The notes under the pieces: generated by a model
What the model saw: only the letters and a program-made list of their open reading frames with translations
Databases searched by the model: none
What the model was told of the DNA's origin: nothing
Translations under genes and position numbers: made by a program
Part shown: in pieces, positions 51,401 through 63,850 of the stretch
How the letters are laid out: the number at the start of each line of letters is the position of its first letter
Position numbering within the stretch: the stretch's first letter is position 1
Source of the DNA: Diadema antillarum
Taxonomy: Eukaryota
Length of the DNA stretch: 64,000 bases
Assembly: GCF_040938485.1 (NCBI RefSeq)
Contig: NW_027271136.1
Coordinates: 372,001-436,000 of the forward strand
Reading direction: 5' to 3'

Positions 51401-53918
51401 CACAAAAACTAAAACTTTGGCATGATTTTGTGATTAAAAAAAAAGCCAGCAACCAGATTGTATATGCAAACATAGTTGGGAGAGCATTGGATTTTAAGTG
51501 CATTAGTCAAGTGTGTGGGAAACTCGGCATTCAAGCACCGTAGGTAGATTCAGAACACCATACGACATGTTTTATGGAAATTTTGAGGCTCTCATATAGT
51601 CTTCAAAAAGAAATTCAGGCAGGAGGTAGGTAAGATATATTTTTGTTTGAACAAATGTCAAATTTCAGAGTTTCCAGCCTTATCAGATTACTTTATAATT
51701 TTCTGGGTTTGAAAATATCTGAAACTCTATTGAAGTGATGTGCTGACAAGTAGCAATGGGGATATAAAAACTATAGACATACGTACCTATAGCATTCCTC
51801 TCGTTTGGAGAGGATCTGAAGATCCCTGCTGAAAGGGAAGGTGTCTTCATACTCCACCAGCAGCCCAGTAGCTCCCCATTCCTTGAAGAGAGGCAGGATC
51901 TTAAGGGGGTGAGAAGTATATGATATTTCTCTGTAAAGGACAGTAAGACTATTAAACATGGTGATAACATAGTCCCTATTAAGTAATTATATGCTAAATA
52001 TGTTCTTTCATTTACCCATGGTTCAAAAACACAACAACAACTCTTTGAAATCAATACATGCCGACTGTCTCTGTTTGATATCCCAGCACACCAGTATGTG
52101 AATTACAATCATTGTACATGTATTTCAGATGCATGCAAAGGAAGATCCCACAATTTCGTGAGATAGGAGCCCATTTATTTCAAACATTCTTGCTATGGGG
52201 CTATGTTACCACTTAAATCTAACTTCTAAAACGTTTCAAGTTATTAACTGGTATTACATATGCTATTATGGTATGAAATACCTTTGGTACTAATAGCAGC
52301 TGCTTTGAAAATGAATGTTGGAACATCTGCCATAGAAAAAATTACTTCTGAAAGTTTTGCCTTCATTAGCATACAGTTTAGGTCTTCATATGCTTCCTTT
52401 CTTCATGGTAGCAAAAATGGCAGTAGAAATGATGGAAATTCTATTTAAGAAACATTCATGAATTCATCTATGTGCATGATTTCATTCAAGTACACCATAG
52501 TGGATGTCAAATCTTCACCTTGAGAAGGTAGTCTATCTTGGGTGGTGCACCCTTCAGGTCCACATGAACCAGCCTGAAAAATTGAAATGTTAAATTTAGA
52601 GATTTTAAGTTATCAAACACTGAAATCATCTAGAATGTTACAGTACTACACAACAGAAAATACTTTTTTTTTTTTTTTTTTTTTTTAGGGGCAAAATGGT
52701 TGTACAATGTGTATCATTCAACATCTAATATTTGTCTATCTTCTTTGGTACTGAATGAAAGAAAGTATAAATTGCACACCAGAGGCTTTCACTTTATATC
52801 ACTGAAATTAAATGAAGTGAAATGAAACCTCTTATGTGCAGCACAAGATGCTGAGGCTTCCTACAAAGCCAGGCTGAACAAATGGGTACATGTACATGTA
52901 ATGGGCACACAGTGTCACATCACTTGATTAAATACAATTTTACTTGCTCACGTATTTATAAAATTAGATCAAATGGTACAGTTTTGGTTGAGATGGGGAT
53001 TCAGATCTTAACTTTTTGTGAGATAATAAGAAACCACTTATATGAAACAAGAAAGGGCATACAATTCTATAGACATTAAAAGTTTATTTGATGAAAATTG
53101 GTTTTGAAATGGCAGAGATGAGAGATATTCAAAAACAAAGAGATCCTAATAAAAGATGGGATGCACCTTTCATAAGGACCATTTTGTTTTTTGATATCTC
53201 AGTCATTTCAAAACCAATTTTCATCAAATAAACTTTTAATCCTCTGGAATAGAATAATATACTCTTTGATATTTCATAAGTGCTTTCGAATTATCCAACA
53301 TAAAGTTAAAATCTGAACCAACCATCCCAATCAAAACTAGATGCAATCCCTTTGAAGACAAATTTGTCATATTTCCCGAAGCATCAATGCTGTGCACTGC
53401 ATCCAGAGAATGTAAATTTTATCTGAGGTTGCAAATACGAAGGGTTGACTTGAGTAAAATAAAGCATGATATACATGCTTGTACCAATTTACACAATATT
53501 AAAAAGGAGGATGAAAAATTTCTATTTTGCAAACTGTGGAGCCATCAAATATGTAAATTTAGCACATTTCTCAGACAATATTACTACCAGACCAAATAAG
53601 TTATCTTTAATTTTGCAATGGCCAACTTCTATAGGGATACTTATAAAGATGAAAATTTACTTTTATTTATGCATTGATTAGGGCCAATATATATACTGCA
53701 TGTTGCTTAGCAGGACACAAACATTGAGAGATGAAATACAATATGAAGCTCAATAGGTGAACCACAGATTTACGTCATTCAAAGATCTGTAGGGTTATGT
53801 GAGATGACGGGTCTTTTGGTCAAACAAGACACCCATGATATGCCTACCTTTGGTAGGAATCTGGTAAAGGTGGCTGGACCTGTGATGGTGTCCCATAGAT
53901 GTCAATTTCTGCATCCAT
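42481..53918 (-). CDS. HEXD: Hexosaminidase D (GH20, nucleocytoplasmic type), 14 coding exons, about 506 aa
   Basis: Exons 53918-53848, 52573-52519, 51899-51787, 51188-51101, 50849-50771, 49599-49514, 49089-48903, 48185-48042, 47405-47270, 46443-46361, 45875-45779, 45290-45168, 44145-44047, 42640-42481; phase-consistent (1521 nt). Motifs: [40 protein letters not shown], catalytic [57 protein letters not shown]. There is an in-frame stop upstream of the ATG and no signal peptide. Confidence 0.95.
42733..43000. other. Assembly gap (268 N) in the last HEXD intron
   Basis: Run of N. The flanking exons are both phase 2 and join directly, so no coding exon is required in the gap. Confidence 0.99.
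43269..43652. mobile_element. Kolobok-type MITE of about 380 bp
   Basis: TTAA|AGGGATCGTACAGTTTTGG ... AATACTGTACTATCCCT|TTAA. Confidence 0.8.
44360..44583. mobile_element. Kolobok-type MITE, half copy
   Basis: TTAA|AGGGATGGTATAGTTTTGG left end; similarity stops near 44583. Confidence 0.65.
45915..46170. repeat. Degenerate (CAT/GAT)n trinucleotide repeat in HEXD intron 10
   Basis: About 250 bp of imperfect TCA/CAT triplets. Confidence 0.9.
48201..48569. mobile_element. Kolobok-type MITE of about 365 bp in HEXD intron 7
   Basis: TTAA|AGGGATGGTATAGTTTTGGTCGAGATGG ... CCATCTCAATTAAAACTATTCATCCCT|TTAA. Confidence 0.85.
52968..53355. mobile_element. Kolobok-type MITE of about 380 bp, degenerate ends
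   Basis: GGTACAGTTTTGGTTGAGATGGGGATTCAG ... CCATCCCAATCAAAACTAGATGCAATCCCTTTGAA. Confidence 0.7.
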
Positions 53919-54894
53919 ACTAGCTTTTCAAGCTGTATCAAAGTGAGATGGAATGGAGGGAAACTGTTGGTTTACCGGCAAATGCCAAATGGAAAGGTGC
54001 TGCAGTATAAAGCAATTTGAGACACCAAAATCAGTTTGACCACAAAGGAAAAAATAACATTAATACAAAAAGTGTACTCACTTTTACCATACGGTATCAC
54101 TAATAAGATTTAGTGTTACCCTCCTAATGAGAGCATAAACAGAGCCTCTCAGTCACTTAGAATCAGATATCTTTCCTTGTCTAGAATTCCTCTTTTAATC
54201 ATGGCATTCTTGAATCTCAAAAATAAACCCTTTAAAATTTATTTAAAAAGATGAACACATTCTCATAGATTGATGCTGCATACATCTTTCAAATGGGAAA
54301 TCTTTAAATATCTAGATTTTTTTTTTCCAATTATCATTTCATTCATGACACACTCCAATATCTAATCTCACTGACTGTTCTGCTAGGTACCAATGACATT
54401 CATGATTACCTCCATTATGATATCTTGTAATGATACATAGTTTATGTGCATACCGTACTGTATAAAGCATAAATAAGCTGTCATTTTATTACTCTGCATC
54501 GATCATTCCCATGATAACATTATCACCACATATTTCTAGAGAAATTAAAACTGTTTGGCTGAAGAAATCTTTGCTCACTACTTGCAAGCTGGGCTGATAT
54601 GAATTGAGCACAATACCCAAGTCAAAAGTAGTCCTGATGATTTCAGCTAACAACAGCTCTAGCATGCTGGTGATGGCAAAGTATGATGGAATTCTGATCA
54701 TAATTTTTACTCAGTAGATCACAAATTTTTATTGTTGGCATCATATGGAGGAGATAATGACATATACAATACAAGGCTGCAAAGAGAGATAGATACCATC
54801 TAGTCAAAAAAGCTACCCATGTGATCAGAAACTGGATTGGCAAAAAATTATTCAATGAATATGCTACCATCAGTAAAGTAGATTAGTACAGACT

Positions 54895-55490
54895 ACAGTA
54901 AATATTATAGAACGGGTAGCAAGAATCCTGCGATCTCATTGGTCGAGAGCTGTGTGTGGATTTTCTACTGGCCACACGCTGCCGCGGTTGTTCACAGTGG
55001 TATATAATGTTATTGCACACTTGTAGCAAGACTATGCGCACTTCTATAAAGGTTCGCGAACCAAGCAAGTGTTTGTGCACTCAGTATACGAGATAAATAC
55101 GCTGAAAAATCATGCATCCAGTAATTAGATACATAGTTTTGAAGTACTAGGGCATGATTTTTGGGCTTTTGTCTATATGGCAAGTCGAGGAAATGCATCC
55201 AGCAAAGTTGCCATCGGGTACAAAAATGATCGAAAATGGATTTCTGGCAAGAACATTTATCCTTATTCTATAACACAGATGACACACGTCTTTTCGTGCA
55301 TCAGTCGGAATAGTGTGTTCAAATCATTTTGGAATGCGGTACGGTAACTAGACCTTAAATTTGCTATGGGATTTAGCCTAAACCTACTCAGCTTCACCTC
55401 GTGGGTTCCAAGCATTCCATAGTTTAAATTATACCTTATGCACACAATTCCGACTGACGCACTCAGACCTGTGCGTACTATATAAGTGTC
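54895..55490. repeat. Unclassified interspersed-repeat-like, CpG-rich segment
   Basis: Internal inverted repeats TGCATCAGTCGGAAT / ATTCCGACTGACGCA and TTATAGAA / TTCTATAA; CpG content above the flanks. Confidence 0.35.
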
Positions 55491-55799
55491 ATCATAGTCG
55501 TATCAAAGTCACACTCTTCCCTGTAAAAAAAGAAAAATACAAACAAAAACCGAAGCCATGTCGTTTTATTGTCAGCATTGGTCTAACAAGTTTATAGATG
55601 CAGATGCCATATGCCACTCAAATTGGGGAGTAAAGTCCGATTTGTCACCTCCTCGTGGTACTCCCTGGTTGACGCTAACGACAAACGGTGAAGCTACTGG
55701 TGATATAACAGTGATAGACTTAGCGAGTCAGCAGTTTTGCTAGTAGTGGATAGCTCAAGATGGTATGCAGACAGCCTCAAAACGGACGGACCACACGGA

Positions 55800-58155
55800 A
55801 TACGACCACGGAACGAACATTGACAAAGATTTACGAATACGCGAACATCGGTACTATAAATGCTGGAACCATACGGGGGAAGACGGAAGAAATAGTTGAC
55901 CTCATGCAGGAATGACAACTGAAGGTGCTAGGCATAGCCGAGACAAGACTGCAGGGACAGGGAAGAAAGACAGTCCATGACAACTATGAGCTTATCTACT
56001 CAGGCAGTGAAAGAGACACAAGGCACGGAGTTGGGCTCTTCTTCCACCCAGACTTCGCTGTGCACATAGAGAAGGTTCATTATATCAGTAACCGCATTAT
56101 TGCATCAGTCCTCAACATTAACAATCATAGGGTCTCATTCATCCAAGTACATGCTCCACAGCAAGGGCGACCACAGGAAGAAAAAGATGAGTTCTATGAA
56201 CAACTGCAAGACACGCTTGACAACATACCCATTGACAGTGAAATTATTGTCATGGGCGACTTGAATGGACACGTTGGCTCCAGGCCAGTAGAAGGCGTCA
56301 TTGGAAACTTTGGTGTAGGCACGAGAAATGAGGAAGGGGAGATGCTAATAGACTTCTGTGTAAGAAACAACCTCTCAGTAATGAACACTTATTTTAAGCA
56401 CCAGGAGAGCCACCAGTATACATGGTACAGGTACAATTCTCGGATTGGGCAGTACGACCTGAAGACACAAATAGATTTCATTTTGTCCACCAGAAAATCT
56501 GTCATCAAGGACGTTAAAACCATTCCATCGGCATCCCTTGACTCAGACCATAGGCTCATTAAAGGCAAAATGAAGATACACCTTCCAGAGAAGGAGAAGT
56601 CCAAAGTGCGAAAGAGGGTAAAGACTGAAAATATTAAGACATCGCTACCAGAAATTCAACACAAGTTAAGGGAGGTAAGAGATACAGTCAGAGGAGAGGA
56701 CATTGAAGAACACTGGGAGAAACTCAAGCACTGCTTGCACAAGATCCAAGAGAAGATAGTAGGAGTAGCAACTTTGGGCAATCGTAAGAAGAAGAAAACG
56801 GGCTGGTGGACGGAGGATGTGAAGGCAGAAGTCGACAAGAAAAAGAAACTCTTCAAAACTTGGCTAAAAAACAGAACAGCGGAGAACAGGGAAGCTTATG
56901 TAAAACAGAGAAATTAAGTTAATCAAGTAAAAAAGTGGGCTCGGAAGGGAATGTGGACAAGGATAGGAAAAGACCTACACGAAGATGTCAAGGGAACCAA
57001 AAAGCCATTGTACAGCATGTCAAAGGCTCACAAGACCAGGAGTGATGGCAGGACCAAGAATACCACGTTGAAAGATAAATCAGGTACAATTATAACTGGA
57101 CAAAAGAATGCAGCGAATAGATGGGCTGAATACTTTCAGGAGCTACTAAATGTAAATGATGATGAGAACCAGCAAAGAAGGAACTGTAGGGAATCCATCC
57201 CACCTGCACCTGCTGCTTCAGACCAAGAAGACCTAATATGCATGGAGGAAATAGAAGCTGTACTGAAGCTCACAAAAAACAACAAGGTTCCAGGGCCAGA
57301 CATGATCCCGATTGAAACAATCAAGGCAGGTGGTCAGCCACTTAAGGAAATGCTACTGGAACTCTTCAACCGCTCATGGGTCAGTGGCACCGTGCCAGAG
57401 GAATGGAACCAATCTTTAATCTGTCCAATATTCAAAAATAAGGGGGATCCTTTGGACTGCAAAAATTACAGGGGGATATCGCTGATGAGCCATGTTGGAA
57501 AGCTGTATGAAAGGATACTTGAGAAAAGACTGAGGAAGGAGGTGGAAGAGTTCCTATCGGAAAGCCAGTGTGGTTTTCGACCAGAAAGAGGGACCATTGA
57601 CCAGATCGCTGCCCTACGACTCTACTTGGAGAAAAGCTGGGAGTATGCAATTGATCAGCACATCTGCTTCCTGGACCTGGAGAAGGCTTTTGATAGAGTG
57701 CCAAGAGAAAAGATGTGGAAGGTGATTGAGGAGATTGGAATAAGCAGCAGACTACTCATGGCCATCAAGAGCACCTACAATGCAATGATCAGAAGAGTGC
57801 CAACATCGGAGATTCAAACTATTTTAACATCAACACAGGGGTTCGCCAAGGCAGCGTGCTCTCACCGTTGCTTTTTATCACCTATCTCCACCACGTACTT
57901 GTGAACATCAAGCAAGATCACTAAAGGATTACCATGCGGAATGCCTGGGCTATGCAGATGGTGTAGCACAAACTGCAGACAGCAGGGACAAACTACAAGA
58001 CATCATGAACCAATGGGATAGGGAGCTAACTAAAGCTGGTCTCAAGATGAGCTACACCAAAACTGAGTACATGCATGTGGGAAGGGACTTGGAAGAGGGG
58101 AATGTAGCCATCAATCAATGGACACGTTCTTAAAAAGACGGACAACTTCACATAT
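55800..58155 (+). mobile_element. Decayed non-LTR retrotransposon, APE endonuclease plus RT (RTE-like), 3'-truncated
   Basis: Endonuclease motifs IGTIN, GIAETR, HGVG, QVHAP, MGDLNGHVG, N.EGEML.DFC, IDFIL, SDH. RT motifs K.PGPD, NYRGISL, QCGFR, FLDLEKAFDRV, GVRQGSVLSP, YADG. In-frame stops at 55913 and 56915 and frameshifts near 55880, 57800 and 57940. Coding similarity ends near 58155. Confidence 0.9.
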
Positions 58156-58399
58156 TTCTTCTTCTGATTAAGTCTGCCTCCTTCAATAGACTGAAGATTC
58201 TTGCAGACTGATAACTACACGCAGCGCTGGCGACAGCGCTGCACCTCTTTTCCTTCGCGGACGTTGTTATCGTTCACTGTTTCCTTCATGAATATCTTTA
58301 TTAATCGTGGAAAACTAAAATATAAGGAATTATCGTAATCTATGACCATCATTCAATAACCGGTATGCGATTTTTTGTTTAATTACGTCTAAAACTTAC

Positions 58400-58800
58400 C
58401 GAAATCTATGGCTGAAATCAGGTCTGTAAACGTCCTTACTGCTTCACTCCTCATCTGCGTGTTAAATGAATGGCATTCACTCTCGTATACTACAACGTAG
58501 GTAGTCGGGGCGGAAGTGATGAGATAGTCGGATGACCCCGACTAAAAAAGTTCAAATCATTGCCGGTGCAGCACGCGCGGATCTACTACAAGCTTTACGT
58601 AACACATGAAACGCACGGGCGCACGGGCGTACGTAAAAAGCAACCACTTCTGAATGCGCATGCGTAGTAGTTTGTTGCTTTTGTGAAGCTCTCGAAGGAA
58701 AAGTTGCCACCGCACGATCTACTCCGAAAAATTCAACAATAAGGTCTGGATACCAACAAAACGCCGAATTCAACTCAACCATCAGGAAAATACGCTGTAG
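58400..58800. promoter_or_regulatory. Putative bidirectional CpG-rich promoter for HEXD (-) and MLST8 (+)
   Basis: CpG-rich stretch with ETS/GABP-like CGGAAGTG (58511) and NRF1-like TGCGCATGCG (58655). Outward-facing G|GTAAGT donors on the minus strand (58399) and plus strand (58801). Confidence 0.5.
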
Positions 58801-59747
58801 GTAAGTGTTGCAAATTATATTACTCTTAAAATCATACAAAATAAAAGGTATTTTATGTGATTTTGCGGTCAATAGTGACGGTCGTTTACAACGTTGAAAC
58901 ACTAACACATGTCAGACCCTGTGCGCAGCACAGTGTCTGGTCAGGCTAGCAGACTGATAACAAGATCAAGACAGACAAACTTGGCGAGGACTCATACGGA
59001 GGCTATCAACTGACAGACCAACTGGCCTACAGGCATCCGGGTGAGAAGGTGAGAATGCCACTCAAATTCAATAAATATGTATGAAATTCTTTTGACTTTA
59101 ACTATTTATTACATAGGCTACGTACAGCTACACTTGCACTCAATACCTCAAACACACGATCTCCACAGTACCAGATGATGATCAGGTGCAGTTGTAGTAG
59201 TATCTAGTAAAAGTACAATGTACATGTAGTATAGCAGCCTGCTGCCTGGCCTTGGTTGAGCTCTTGCCAAACATTCAGGTTCAATCTTGCACCTCAGATT
59301 TAACTAATCCAAGTAAGTGTGAATTATCACCACCCCTGCCTGTAAAGATGCGGCTGCGGATTTTACACGAATCTCGCTCAACCTGTTTACAAACACCAGA
59401 CTGGTATATCATTCAATTATCTGTGCGCAGATTCGTGCACAAACTTATGAATGAAGAAATATTACCAAGAAAGGATACCATTCTTAACCTGCTCGGGTCG
59501 ATCGATTGAGCTCCATGCTATGTAGTGCGATGTGATGACCCAGTTGAGTTTTGTACAGTGTGTACAGTCCTACCCTACCTCTCGCTCGCGCTCGCTATAC
59601 ACATGTACATACTTTAGTATACGCATGCAAACGTTAGACGTCTACCGACACGCTACCTTTTACAGGCCTTTTCCACTTATTGCGTCGGTCGGAAAGAATC
59701 TGTGTTGTATAATTTCGACAGCCGAAAAGTGATTAGATATACTCAGC

Positions 59748-62700
59748 ATGGGAAACCCGAGTGATCAAATCATTTTGGCCACAGCTGGTTACGATCAAAC
59801 CATCCGATTCTGGCAAGCACACACGGGGATTTGCCATCGCACTGTGCAGCATCAGGATTCAGTAAGTTCTCCAGTGACAGTGACAGTGCAGTGTCCAGTG
59901 TCAGTGACTGATAAACACTGTCGCTGATATGATGAGTGAGCTTAATTACCAACCAACACACAAAGATTGCCTATTGGCATGATTGGCTATGAATGAATGA
60001 AAGATGATGGTATTTTCCGGGCATTGACATGGAAAAGAAGAGTCTAAACTTTGATTGTTTATTTTTCTAGACTCTAGTCTTAAACCGGTATCTATTACAT
60101 TTCAGTTCGGGAAACCCACTCACAAGGGGGGCCCCTCCTTATAAGTAACCCGTCCCCCTTATAAGTAACCCCGTCCCCCTTGTGAGTGGGTTTCCCGAAC
60201 TGATTTATCTATAACACTCAACGTTAGAGTCTATTGTATCAGTATCACTTTATGATCTAACAATTAAGTTAAAGCCAGGCATGTTGTAATCTTAAACTAT
60301 TGGAAAATAGCTAGAAAATGTGATAGACGAATTTGCAGAAAAAAGAAGGATGATCATTCAAATCTAACCCGTTATTCATTTGATAGCATTATTGCCATTA
60401 ATCAGAACTGAATTTGTAAAATCTTGTTGTAGGTAGGTCTACTTCCAATCCAAGTGCAGAGCAGATGTCGGCACAGTCGGCTAGCGATGCTCTACAAGAT
60501 ATGGTTCAACCTAGTTGATATTGATTGGAAGGACCATCTCACACCATTGACGTCAAATACCAGAGGCCATGCTAGCCGATTCTGGATCCCACACTCCAGC
60601 TCACAACTAACAAGTTCTCTCTTCATCCTTCTTTCACAGCACCTGCAGAGAATGGAACAACCTGAAGAAGGATCCTGCAATCTTCCCATCACTCGATGTC
60701 TTTAACAAGGCATTGAGGGAAGCCCTCATCTAGCATCCAGTCATGCCGAAAATTTTTAGCAGCACTCACATGCACATATTACTGCACAATGTATTGTTCA
60801 CTTTATGTAAATAATGATTGGCCCTTGATATGAGGGCCCGTCTCTCTCTCAAGTGCCATGACGGCATGCACACCACTCTGCAGTGCGCTGATCTTCAACT
60901 ATGAAGGATGCACTTCTACAGAAGAAGAAGAAGAAGAATAAGTTTAGTGCATCCCTCTTGCAGAGTATTGTCGCACTTGAATAATGTCTGTTAAAAATGT
61001 TAACAAAAACCTGCACCAAGGCTCAACCTCCTGTACTAAATTTCAACCTCATGCAAAAGCATGGGTTTTACATGTTGCTGGCAGTCGAACTTTGGACAGC
61101 ATTATTGTGGAATTATAGGTGGCTTGCTTTACATTTCATTACACTGTGTACGAATAACTGTGATTGAACTGGGGGTACCAACTACTGTATCGTCACCCTA
61201 AGGATCTGCAGCTTGTTTATTCCAAAAGTATAAAACAAATTTGCCTAAATTTTGCCTCAAATATGCCATAAATACTGCAGTTTCGAATATCGTGACTGTC
61301 TTGTTGATTCTGAATATCCGTAGTGAAATAACGCCATTTTAGTGTGTGCGATGCATTTTCTTTGCACGGCTTAAAAGGCCACCTTGGCATCGACACCCCT
61401 TCCTCCACAGGTAATACATGTGAATTTCACAGTCATGCGTAGTATTGCAATAAGCGGATGTTTAACTGAAACGTATTTAGTTAAATATGTTAGTTTGTTT
61501 AATGAGTTTGTTTTTCGTGTCTTCATTATTATTATTTTTTTGTAGCTTATGGTGCTTAATCCCACGCGTACTTCTTCGTTCTGTTCCCTAACAGCTATGA
61601 TACGCAGGGGGTGCCAATAGTAAGGTACCTGCCGATACGTGGTACCCTTTCCATTGTACACATTTTGCAAAAGGGAGATCTGCGTACTTCTTCTTTCTTA
61701 TAGGCAATTTTCAGGGCTATGCAGCCTTAAGATGATGATGAATTTGTGTAGATAGGTAAAAAAAAACCCACACCAAGGTTTGACCTCCTGTGCCAAAATT
61801 TGACCACACTCACAGTCAAAAGCATAGGTTTCTAAATGTAGCTGAGGATTGAATCTTGGACGGCATTAGGATTGAATTATGGGCAGCTTGCTTTACTGGT
61901 TATATGTAGATGGGTCTGTCTCTTCTGAACCAGGTTAGTAACCTGTTTTGTGCAGTGAATGAGTGAAGTGGGATCTTTTACATGTGTCAAGTCTTGACTA
62001 ATTTACACAGATTGTATGTTAGTTGTTGATCTGTACAGTTTCGCTCCTAACTTTTGATTATTTCATGTTCCTTTTTGCAGCAAGTGAATTATCTGGAAAT
62101 AACGCCAGACAGAAGTCTTTTGGCTGCAGCAGGTAAGCAGAAACATGGGTTGATGCTTGTGGACTATAGAGAAATGATTCTGATCATCAGTATGTTTATG
62201 TTTGTCATTTGAAAATGAAAAAAAAAAAGAAAGAAGATAGCTAGCATTTTAATTACAGATGTTCAGCCTTATCTAACAAAGAGGGATAGAGCCTAGCTAT
62301 TAAATAAGAACATTAGCATAGTTGCCAACATTTTGAAATCCTGAAGAGGTAGATTTTGCGAGGGAGCGAAGCGACCAAGCCTGAGCGCGCTTGCGCGCGA
62401 GGGGGGGGGGGGGGGAAGGGTGTGGGAGGGGGGTGTCCCCTCCCATGGTGTGGACTTTTTTGTTTTTCAATATCAAAATATGAGATTTGGTGCATGCTTT
62501 TTAACCTTTTTAAAGGGTTCTTGGTATTGATAAAAAAACATATAATCCATGTAAATCTACGAACTATTTTGTAGACTATGCATATAAAAATAGAATCAGA
62601 CAAAATTATTGGTAAATAATTTTTGTAGGCTAAGCATATGTGAAAAAGTAATCAAACATATTGGCAAATAATTTATCCCCTTTTAGGGTACTTTCTATTG

Positions 62701-63850
62701 TGGAGCTAGTATGATGAATAAGATATGTTGCCCTCACCAAATCTAAATTAATTAGCAGATGACCTGGCTGTGAGATTCCTGTACGTGGCAGATTTTGCTC
62801 TCTTCTGCAGTGTTTGGGAGGGTTTCCATTCGTAGCATTCACTCTTGCAGAACGTGAGCTACCAAAACATTACTATTATGCGTGGTTCTAGCTACACGTA
62901 CACATGTACAGTAAGTATTGCACGTACGTACATGGAGATATGATACAGGTAAGAGACTAGTGCCCCACTGCAGTGTGCATACATGTGTGCATATTAGAAG
63001 GCTGAATACGGCGTTTTTGAGGAACGAGTTCCTTGAAATTATTATTAGTATTCTAATTACTAGCTTATTTTAGGGAATCAACGCACAATGAAGGGAAAAT
63101 ATGACTTCCATTTCATTTTATGGTAGGTTTGCTACAAAATCGGTAGATCAGAAGAGAAAATCGGTGGCCGGTCAAAACCTCTAAAAAGCGGTAGTCTACT
63201 GCCCAAAGCGGTAGAGTTGGCAAGTATGCATTAGTTTGTTTCTTTTTTGAAATATATTTTTTAAATACCAGCAAGTTTTTGCAACATTATGATTAGGCTC
63301 ATTTTGCATTGTATAGTTTCCTTGAAAGTGTTGTGTTGCATTACATGTACCAGTACATGCTATTGCTAATGTACCAAAATGGGAACCAAGTATTTGTCCC
63401 AACCATTAGTAGATCCATACATTTCCTTTGCAAGTAGATGAGAATGAGAGAAGGCAGCATGTGTAATGGGATGAATGGACAGTTTGGGTGTTGAATGAAT
63501 ACATGAAATCTACCTAATCAATGCTGTCATTGCTTTATGAAAGTGTTGTCTGCACAAATAAATGTGTATTCTAAAATACATTTATGTGCATGATTTTACA
63601 TTCAAAAGTGCCTAATAGCTAGATAGCTGTTGCGATTTTCTAGGCTGCTACACTAATTTTTCGTTCTGTATCATTCCAACGTCATAGGCTACCAGCACAT
63701 CCGCATGTATGACATCAACTCCAGCGAAACGACCCCCATCATAAACTACGAGGGCATCCCAAAGAATGTGACGGCGGTTGGCTTTCAGGAGGAAGGAAAG
63801 TGGATGTTTACTGGTGGGGAGGACTGCACTGCCAGGATATGGGACCTCAG
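59748..63850 (+). CDS. MLST8: Target of rapamycin complex subunit LST8 (WD40), 3'-partial
   Basis: Exons 59748-59861 ([38 protein letters not shown]), 62081-62132 ([18 protein letters not shown]) and 63688-63850 ([11 protein letters not shown]...[30 protein letters not shown]). GT-AG with phases 0/1/2, closely matching the N-terminus of known mLST8 proteins. Confidence 0.96.
60103..60202. mobile_element. 100-bp mini-element with 27-bp perfect TIRs and ATTT TSD
   Basis: ATTT|CAGTTCGGGAAACCCACTCACAAGGGG ... CCCCTTGTGAGTGGGTTTCCCGAACTG|ATTT. Confidence 0.8.
60445..60938 (+). mobile_element. 5'-truncated LINE 3' end (CR1/L2-like) with (GAA)n tail
   Basis: Degenerate ORF end [12 protein letters not shown]....RGH..., typical of CR1/L2 RT C-termini, followed by a 3' UTR and (GAA)6 at 60921-60938. 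Confidence 0.7.
62317..63228. mobile_element. hAT-like non-autonomous element with 6-bp TSD
   Basis: CATTAG|CATAGTTGCCAAC ... GTTGGCAAGTATG|CATTAG, with subterminal (A)GCGGTAG/ATCGGTAG repeats. Confidence 0.7.

Noticed and set aside
58502-58553. TAGTCGGGG...CCCCGACTA hairpin containing GTGATGA (C-box-like)
   Set aside because: Too short (about 50 nt), no CTGA D box, and it lies in promoter-like DNA; not called as a snoRNA.
59252-59515. 85-aa plus-strand ORF and minus-strand MELNRSTRA mini-exon
   Set aside because: No recognisable homology, and the candidate splice leads to an immediate stop.
337-63402. Most remaining 60-120 aa ORFs in the track
   Set aside because: Antisense shadows of real exons, repeat-derived, or of a length expected by chance; no splice-consistent model.
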